64,000 nucleotides of DNA, taken from the IMG/VR virus record IMGVR_UViG_3300026521_000471, positions 124,001 to 188,000 of that record; one strand, written 5' to 3'. The translations under genes were made by a program, and so were the position numbers. Below are positions 57,459-64,000 of the stretch, in pieces. Positions within the stretch are counted from its first letter, which is position 1. Each line of letters begins with the position of its first letter. The notes beneath the pieces were generated by a model. That model worked only from the letters and a program-made list of their open reading frames with translations. It was not told the origin of the DNA and did not search any database.

Positions 57459-57818
57459 ACTCGGGTCTGCCACTACTTCCATTTAAATCTCATTTACAAG
57501 TTTAGTTTGATTTTTAATACTTTAATACTTAGATAACCAAACAAATCGGTATTAAAGGCACTTGATATAATTTTCGTCTAAAGGTATCAAGTTTAACTTT
57601 AGCTTATCTATTTTTTATTATACACTCTGTATTTATTAGTAAATAGACAACTAATAAACTGAGTGATTCCGGGCTCCCAGAGGGAGGATTAAGCAGCTAC
57701 TCTCGCAGTCTGTGGAATATAAAGTTTTGTGTTTGCATTTAAGCTTTTTTGATGATTAAGTCATCACTCTACTTGCAATTTAAATTTCTTATAGCAACAT
57801 CGATCCCAATTCGGACCC
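57437..57818 (-). ncRNA. ssrA: tmRNA
   Basis: 5' GGGTCCG pairs with 3' CGGATCC-ACCA with a G3-U wobble; T-arm CCGAG-TTCAATT-CTCGG; tag ORF ANTKLYIPQTARVAA* at 57736-57689. Confidence 0.93.
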
Positions 57819-57825
57819 ATAAAAA

Positions 57826-57856
57826 ATATCAGTATATAGAAATTATATACTGATAT
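57826..57856. repeat. 13-bp inverted repeat next to the tmRNA 5' end
   Basis: ATATCAGTATATA-GAAAT-TATATACTGATAT. Confidence 0.7.
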
Positions 57857-58136
57857 GATAATATCCTTTATTTTATACCCAAGGTAACAAAGAACCCTTT
57901 ACATAAAAAAACACATACGATATTAATTTATCTTTTTACTTGTAAGTAAATTAGAGCGTTATCAATTAAGATAAATACGTTCCATAAGAGTTATTTTCTC
58001 TAGGTCAATCTCTAAGATAAAATTTTAAAGAGTAATTTAAATCTCTTATATATTTATTTTACAATTTTTAATTTAATTATAAGGTATTTTTTGATATAAT
58101 ATATTACAAATTTTAAATAATTAAGGAGATTGTCCT

Positions 58137-59636
58137 ATGGCAAAATTTAACCAAGGTACTAAAAGTATCCCAAATAGTAAAAATATGGCTGGAGGGGTAT
58201 CATATGATCGCCCAATAAAAAAAGAGGTTGCGACTGTTGTTTTAAACTCTATGCTTAATGGTGATTCATATTATGAAAAAGAAGGTGAACGTTTAAAACG
58301 AATTGAAACTCTTATCACTACATCAAAGTCTGATGCTGAGTTTGTAGCAAAAGCTATGGTGTTTACTAGAACAAATGGTCGTCTTAGAAGTATTTCACAT
58401 TTCATGGCAAATATTTTAGCAGAAAATGTAAAAGGTAGTGACTTTTTACGTTCAGCATTAACAAAAGCTATTGTAAGACCGGATGATATGACAGAAATGT
58501 TATCACTTTGGGATACAAGAAATCCAAATAAAATGGTTCCGAATTCACTTAGAAGAGCCTTTAAGAAAGCTTTGGAAACTAAATTTGATGAATATCAATT
58601 TCGTAAATATGCTCAACCAAAATCAAAAGTGAAACTAAAAGATGTCGTTAAACTAGCACATCCTTCACCTAAGAATTTTGATGATGAAACTATTTTTAAA
58701 AGAGTTATCGAAGATCAATTAAAGGCTGTTGAAACAGCACAAACTATCAATGCATCTAAAACTGGTGAAGATCGAGTTGAAGCATATATGAAAGAAATTA
58801 AATCTGGTAAAATGGGTTATATGGCAGCATTAAAAAATATTAGAACATTGATGGAAAATAATATTTCAGAAGATGACTTAAAACAATGGTCTAATTTTAT
58901 AACTGATCCTAAAAGGGTACAAAAATCAATGGTACTTCCATTTAGATTTGTTGATGCATGGAATGCTGTAAAAGATTTACCTATTAATGAATTTAAGAAA
59001 AATATTGTTAAGAAAGCACTTGAGAGAGCTTTTGCCCTATCAGCTGGAAATACAAATATTGCTTCTGATGATGAAAAAGTGGCTATTTTACTTGATGAAT
59101 CAGGTTCTATGGGCGGATATTCAAATAATGACCGTAAAACACCATTTTATATTGGTAAAGTATTATCAGCTGCGATGAAAGTAGGTATGGATGATGATAA
59201 GTGTCTGTTTTATACTTGGGCAGATACATGTACAAGAAGAGATATAAAAGGTTTGTCATCTTTTGATTTTATCAATAATTTAAATACTAGAGGTGGAGGT
59301 ACTGATGTATCAGCTCCTTTAAAAGAGTTAATTAAAACAAAAACATTTGTTGATAAAATTATAATCTTTAGTGATATGCAGATGTATGGTGGATGGGGAA
59401 ATATTGGAGATCAACTCAAAAATTATTTAAAAACATATCGTAAAGAAGTCAATCCAAATGTAAAAGTATTATTTTGGAATTTAGAAGGATATGGTGGTGG
59501 TTCACCATTAGATATTGAAAAAACATCTGATATTTTTGAAGTAGCTGGTTTTTCAGATAGCATGCTTCAAATTATACCTAAATTATGGAGTGATAAAGAT
59601 TTTTTAATTAAAGAGATTGAAGCTATATCACTTTAA
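58137..59636 (+). CDS. Ro60/TROVE-domain RNA-binding protein with vWA domain
   Basis: NMAGGVSY, SYYE, RPDD, FDEYQFRKY, LKDVVKLAHP, LPFRF, DESGSM, GGTD, FSDMQ, VAGFSD. Confidence 0.9.
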   Translation: MAKFNQGTKSIPNSKNMAGGVSYDRPIKKEVATVVLNSMLNGDSYYEKEGERLKRIETLITTSKSDAEFVAKAMVFTRTNGRLRSISHFMANILAENVKGSDFLRSALTKAIVRPDDMTEMLSLWDTRNPNKMVPNSLRRAFKKALETKFDEYQFRKYAQPKSKVKLKDVVKLAHPSPKNFDDETIFKRVIEDQLKAVETAQTINASKTGEDRVEAYMKEIKSGKMGYMAALKNIRTLMENNISEDDLKQWSNFITDPKRVQKSMVLPFRFVDAWNAVKDLPINEFKKNIVKKALERAFALSAGNTNIASDDEKVAILLDESGSMGGYSNNDRKTPFYIGKVLSAAMKVGMDDDKCLFYTWADTCTRRDIKGLSSFDFINNLNTRGGGTDVSAPLKELIKTKTFVDKIIIFSDMQMYGGWGNIGDQLKNYLKTYRKEVNPNVKVLFWNLEGYGGGSPLDIEKTSDIFEVAGFSDSMLQIIPKLWSDKDFLIKEIEAISL

Positions 59637-59638
59637 TA

Positions 59639-59660
59639 TTAGATAGGGAAACCTATCTAA
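59639..59660. terminator. hairpin between convergent genes
   Basis: TTAGATAGG-GAAA-CCTATCTAA. Confidence 0.7.
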
Positions 59661-60487
59661 TCAATGGGTGACAAATCAACTAATTCTTGATTTCCTTCTT
59701 CATCAATTTCAATCTCAAATTCTCTACCTTCTAAATTTTCTTTAGCATACTCATCACTATAATAATAGTCCCACGAAGTTTGTAAAGAGTTTTGTAATGT
59801 ATCATAATGTTCTTCTAAAAGATTATTAACTTCTTCAACATAAAGCTCTATTTCATTTTCTATTTGACTTTCTATTTCAGCTCGTATTTCAGAAGTTAAA
59901 TCATAAAATTCATTCAAATCCATATTATAAACATCTTGAAAAAACATTTTTGATGCTTTAATGCCATCTTTAATACTATTCAATGAGTCTTTATATTCCG
60001 GTTCATAACCTAATTCATTTAACCATTTTTCAATTGACTGTTCAACTTCAAAAACTATTTCGATTTGTTCTCCATCCTCTAATGGATCTAAAAAAATCCT
60101 TGATTCGATTTCACTATCTATAACATCAGTATCGATATAATAATCTTCAGTTTCTAATTCATAATTTTGAAAACTATATGGAAGATCATAAACAAATGAT
60201 TCTTTTTCAAATTCATCCAAACGAGATGACTTAATTTCTTTAATAGATTTATGACCATCATCGATTGTACCTCTATATTCTAATTCATTTCTATAAAGGT
60301 CGAATGTAAAACTATCTTCATCTATATCTATCCCAAATTCAGTTTTCATAGTATTGACAAAATCATCAAAAATCCACTCATACCAATCTTCAGGAACTAA
60401 AAATTCATCTTCCTGAAAATTAACAATTATTTCTTCTTTTAATTTTTGAGGTAAATCCTCAAATTTTACAATTTCAGTTTTAAACAT
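59657..60487 (-). CDS. late acidic hypothetical protein
   Basis: TATAAATA at 60517 on the minus strand; GGAG RBS. Confidence 0.65.
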   Translation of the reverse strand: MFKTEIVKFEDLPQKLKEEIIVNFQEDEFLVPEDWYEWIFDDFVNTMKTEFGIDIDEDSFTFDLYRNELEYRGTIDDGHKSIKEIKSSRLDEFEKESFVYDLPYSFQNYELETEDYYIDTDVIDSEIESRIFLDPLEDGEQIEIVFEVEQSIEKWLNELGYEPEYKDSLNSIKDGIKASKMFFQDVYNMDLNEFYDLTSEIRAEIESQIENEIELYVEEVNNLLEEHYDTLQNSLQTSWDYYYSDEYAKENLEGREFEIEIDEEGNQELVDLSPID

Positions 60488-60532
60488 AATATCTCCAATT
60501 AAGTTTTTATTATGTTTATTTATACCTTATTT

Positions 60533-60808
60533 CTAATCATTACGGATGATACCAAATATTTCATCCATTTCAATAATTAATAATTTTTCTTTATCTAATT
60601 CAATTTCAGTACCAGAAAATTTTCCAAAAACAACTGTCGTACCAATATCTACACCGAAATCTTCTTTAGTATCATCGTTACATGCTACAATTTTTCCAAA
60701 AGATGGAGTTTCTTTTGATGAATCAGGTATAATAATACCACTTGCTGTTGTTTTCTGAGCTTCCTCTACTTTTACCGCTACTCTAGTTCCTAATGGTTCA
60801 AAATTCAT
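60533..60808 (-). CDS. groES: co-chaperonin GroES
   Basis: FEPLGTRV, TTASGIIIPDSSKE, VVFGKFSGTEI. Confidence 0.92.
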   Translation of the reverse strand: MNFEPLGTRVAVKVEEAQKTTASGIIIPDSSKETPSFGKIVACNDDTKEDFGVDIGTTVVFGKFSGTEIELDKEKLLIIEMDEIFGIIRND

Positions 60809-60832
60809 TTTAATTCCTTATTTTTTATTTTA

Positions 60833-61123
60833 TTATACAAATTTTTCAGGGTATTTTTCTAACATTTTAGTAAACATTTTATGAAGATCATTAATATTTA
60901 CTTTAAACTGCTCTTCTATAACCTTATTAATACTTAATATAGTTTTTAACATGGCTTCATCTTCTGATTTTTCTAATAAATGTTTAGATTTTCTTTTTGT
61001 ATTTCCTCGACCAACATCAATAATACAAAACTTATTTGTAATCCTTAAAATTTTTCCAGTAGAAATTTTTCCAGACCACTCATCTTGATACCAAACTTGC
61101 ATACCTATTTCAAAATCTTTCAT
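60833..61123 (-). CDS. small SH3-like hypothetical protein (C-terminal YPEKFV)
   Basis: FEIGMQVW..GKILRI beta-barrel pattern. Confidence 0.55.
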   Translation of the reverse strand: MKDFEIGMQVWYQDEWSGKISTGKILRITNKFCIIDVGRGNTKRKSKHLLEKSEDEAMLKTILSINKVIEEQFKVNINDLHKMFTKMLEKYPEKFV

Positions 61124-61160
61124 TTAAAACCTTATTAAAAAACTTATATTATATATATTA

Positions 61161-62234
61161 TTATACAATGAATGTAGCAATAAATGCCCATATCAATAAT
61201 AAAATCTGCCAACCAATTATAGCTTCAAAATAACGACGTATTGGAGTACCAAAATACCCACTACCAATAGATAAACATTTATGCATCGGTGATATATTAT
61301 AGGCAAAAAATTCAAGAACTAAAAACCATACTAAATATTGTACACCATAAATGGTTGTTAATAATGCTACAATTCCTGCAAACTTTCCACTACTACCCAT
61401 TAACCAGCTCGAAATAAATGCGAAGCTACTTATCGCTATTAATCCAGACATAGTACTAATATCAAATATATTTTTATGACTATTAATAAATTCTATAATT
61501 TCTGTATTGTGACTTTTAAAAAATACTGATAACATTAGAATTACACTCAATAATAAAACTAACCACCAGTTTACATACCCAAATAACTCTTTAATATTAT
61601 ATGATTTTGTTAGTATGATATAATAAATTGTAAGAATACCAAATATTATGGCTCCATTAAAACCGAATGCTAATAATCCAACACCTACAATCAAAGGTAT
61701 TGCACCAGTTATGAAACGTTTAATATCATATTTATCAAAAATTGACGCATCTAATATTATATCACTTTCGTCAAATTTCCAAAATATATACCATACGATA
61801 TATAAGAAAGTGATTAAAATTAATGGCCACACATACCCTATAAATGCTCCCCAACTTAATCCTAAAGCTGCCATCGGTAAAATTACTGTTTTCTCTAAAG
61901 GAGACCATAGATAATAATGATGTGTTGATAAATAATCTATAATACCAAATTTAGATCTAGATTTCCTACATTTTCTTTCGCCTTGATTACAATTATCCTT
62001 ACTGCAACATGGGGCTAAATTTGATAATATACCTGCAGAAACAGTCACTCTACCAGGTATCGGCAATATACCACCGATAAATGATATTAAAGCAATTACA
62101 CCCCTTTTACTTGGAATTTTTTCAGATATATACTTAAATACATCCACCATCAAATTATGTGTTTTCATAATTCCTGAACTTATCATTACACCGATAAGAA
62201 AAATTAAATATGTTTGTACTAATAAATATGACAT
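61161..62234 (-). CDS. multi-pass membrane protein, putative ion/solute transporter
   Basis: About 10 hydrophobic segments; GGILPIPGR, SPLEK and SPMHKC re-entrant-like motifs. Confidence 0.6.
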   Translation of the reverse strand: MSYLLVQTYLIFLIGVMISSGIMKTHNLMVDVFKYISEKIPSKRGVIALISFIGGILPIPGRVTVSAGILSNLAPCCSKDNCNQGERKCRKSRSKFGIIDYLSTHHYYLWSPLEKTVILPMAALGLSWGAFIGYVWPLILITFLYIVWYIFWKFDESDIILDASIFDKYDIKRFITGAIPLIVGVGLLAFGFNGAIIFGILTIYYIILTKSYNIKELFGYVNWWLVLLLSVILMLSVFFKSHNTEIIEFINSHKNIFDISTMSGLIAISSFAFISSWLMGSSGKFAGIVALLTTIYGVQYLVWFLVLEFFAYNISPMHKCLSIGSGYFGTPIRRYFEAIIGWQILLLIWAFIATFIV

Positions 62235-62313
62235 ATTTCCTCCTTTTGTATTAAGTATTTTACAAATTATGATATTTTATATAATAAATATACTTAAAAT
62301 TAAGGAAAATTTA

Positions 62314-62535
62314 ATGTATTTTGCAATAATTAATGAGAAAAATGAATATCTAAAAGTAGAATTTGTCGATAATATATTTTGTTTAAATAATAAAGGGGTG
62401 GTCTTTACTAGTAGTTCATTAGAAGTAATAAAAAAAGTATTGGATGGGGGTGAGGGTACATTAGAAATACCCTCAAATAGTTTTAAAAATCTTAAAGCTG
62501 TACAATTAGCAATTAATATAACAGCCGAGTATTAG
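62314..62535 (+). CDS. small hypothetical protein
   Basis: AAGGA RBS before ATG at 62314. Confidence 0.5.
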   Translation: MYFAIINEKNEYLKVEFVDNIFCLNNKGVVFTSSSLEVIKKVLDGGEGTLEIPSNSFKNLKAVQLAINITAEY

Positions 62536-63572
62536 AATTCATCCCAACCATCAACAGCAGAAGATTGATTATATGATGTTACAGTAGATTCAAAGAAATT
62601 ACCTTTAACATCACCATCACCTTCTGTATCGGCAATTTTTTCTAAATGCCCATAAGGATTTTTTTGATATTTTTCATCTAAATAAAGTTTTGGGGCACCA
62701 ATAGCTTCTAATCGTTTATTTGCCATCCATTTTGTGTATCTATCTGTACTTTCTTCACTTATTCCCAAAATATCATTTCCAATAATATGGTTAGTCCATT
62801 GAATTTCTTGATTTGTTGCAATTTCAGTCATTTCTAAAATTATACCAACATTATACATATCTGGAAATTCTTGCTTTATAGCATATATAATATTTTCAAA
62901 TAATACACAATGCGTTAATTCATCACGATTAATATAACGAATTACATCCGATGATCCGGGCATTAAGTTTCTACTAGCTAAATTATAAAAAAAGTTAAAA
63001 CCATTATAAAAATAAAGCCCTTCTAATAAGTAATTAGCAATAAGAACTCTAAAATAATTTTCATCAGAAGGATCATCGATAAATTTTTGATAAATTTCAG
63101 CGATATATTTATTTCTTGTTAATAACACATCATCGCTTCTCCAAAAATCATAAATTTTTTCTCTCTTATTTTTAGGTATTACTGTTTCTATTGTATATGC
63201 ATATGATTGTGAATGGATTGCTTCTTGATATGTTTGTATGCTCAATACCAATCCAACTTCGGGAGCAGTTATCATATCACTAATATTTGGTAAATTATTT
63301 ACTTGAATACTATCCAAAAAAACTAAGAATGATAAAATACCATCATATGCTTTTTGTTCAGCTTTAGTAAGCTTCTTATAATCATTTGAATCAATACTCA
63401 AATCAACTTTTTCTGGAATCCAAAAATTAGCCATCATACTTCTATAAAGTTTATTCGCCCAAGTATATTTAACATCATTTAAATTAAATAAATTAGTTGG
63501 ATCCCCTTTAATAATTGTTCTACTTTGAATACTATCATCACCTAATGGATTAAATAATTTTTTCTTTTCCAT
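62532..63572 (-). CDS. nrdB: ribonucleotide reductase class I beta subunit
   Basis: FWIPE, FLDSIQ, QEAIHSQSY (radical Tyr), LEGLYFY, RDELTH, NFFE. Confidence 0.93.
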   Translation of the reverse strand: MEKKKLFNPLGDDSIQSRTIIKGDPTNLFNLNDVKYTWANKLYRSMMANFWIPEKVDLSIDSNDYKKLTKAEQKAYDGILSFLVFLDSIQVNNLPNISDMITAPEVGLVLSIQTYQEAIHSQSYAYTIETVIPKNKREKIYDFWRSDDVLLTRNKYIAEIYQKFIDDPSDENYFRVLIANYLLEGLYFYNGFNFFYNLASRNLMPGSSDVIRYINRDELTHCVLFENIIYAIKQEFPDMYNVGIILEMTEIATNQEIQWTNHIIGNDILGISEESTDRYTKWMANKRLEAIGAPKLYLDEKYQKNPYGHLEKIADTEGDGDVKGNFFESTVTSYNQSSAVDGWDEF

Positions 63573-63665
63573 TTATTATCCTTCTGTTATTATTTTAATA
63601 TTATTTTACATTTTTTCAATAATCTATTCAAAACTACTATAAATACTTTTAAAATAGGAGATAAT

Positions 63666-64000
63666 ATGAAAATAATAGATGAAATAGTTAAAAAACTTAA
63701 TCCAGGTGGTATTAGTTATTATGCTGATAGGAATAATACTTATGACCAAAAGACTATTACTGATACAACAGCTGAATTTGATAAATTTATTAAAAATGAA
63801 AAAAATTGGGGAGAATTAATTAGTGCTATATATAGTACACACTCTGATTTTAAATCGGGTAAATATGCTGTAGCACCGTCAAAGCAGAAAGGTGTATTTA
63901 CTGTGATTAATACAAAAAATCCAAAAGAACCAGCTTTTGATGTTAAAGTTGAGGTTGTTAAAAATACATTAGTTATTAATAATCTTAAATCCAAATCTAA
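63666..64000 (+). CDS. late hypothetical protein, runs off the window end
   Basis: TATAAATA at 63638, AGGAG RBS, open frame MKIIDEIVKK... to the end. Confidence 0.65.
   Translation, partial: MKIIDEIVKKLNPGGISYYADRNNTYDQKTITDTTAEFDKFIKNEKNWGELISAIYSTHSDFKSGKYAVAPSKQKGVFTVINTKNPKEPAFDVKVEVVKNTLVINNLKSKS

Noticed and set aside
57437-57470. tRNA gene suggested by the T-arm and CCA on the minus strand
   Set aside because: There is no anticodon arm. The matching 5' acceptor strand lies about 380 nt away with a tag ORF in between, so this is the tmRNA.
1-64000. bacterial chromosome or alternative genetic code
   Set aside because: T4-like replication genes, late promoters and the lack of housekeeping operons favour a phage. 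Known genes are full length in the standard code, so the split helicases are not recoding artefacts.

Overview
This AT-rich, gene-dense window has no rRNA or tRNA genes and reads as part of a large T4-like (jumbo) phage genome. Phage-type genes include gp52 topoisomerase, gp41 helicase, UvsW, endonuclease VII, NrdB, PhoH, GroES and Acb1/57B, with TATAAATA late promoters. The host is probably a Campylobacterota bacterium, inferred from a WTAAG-N11-TATAAT promoter motif, the tmRNA tag and a pilin leader. Main observations: (1) UvsW is split into two genes about 15.5 kb apart on opposite strands. Each half carries one piece of an atypically split intein (28-aa IntN, 140-aa IntC), and splicing would rebuild the Walker A motif. 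(2) The gp41 helicase ends in a second IntN whose partner is not in the window. (3) There is a large translation-rescue and RNA-repair set: tmRNA, SmpB, Pnkp-Hen1, Rnl1, Thg1, Ro60, a HAD phosphatase and an RlmN-like enzyme. (4) Candidate counter-defence enzymes include Acb1, MazG, a (p)ppGpp hydrolase, PncA and NadE, a GGDEF-EAL protein and two tandem TGT/DpdA-like enzymes. (5) A GIY-YIG endonuclease lies between phoH and a duplicate of the phoH 3' end. (6) Two short peptide tags recur on unrelated proteins: an N-terminal MKLxxLxxE leader and a C-terminal [YFN]P[EQ]x[FLS][IV] motif. (7) Smaller items are an unannotated mini-pilin, a degenerate LigA domain and structured leaders. All assignments come from motifs read by eye; no database search was run.
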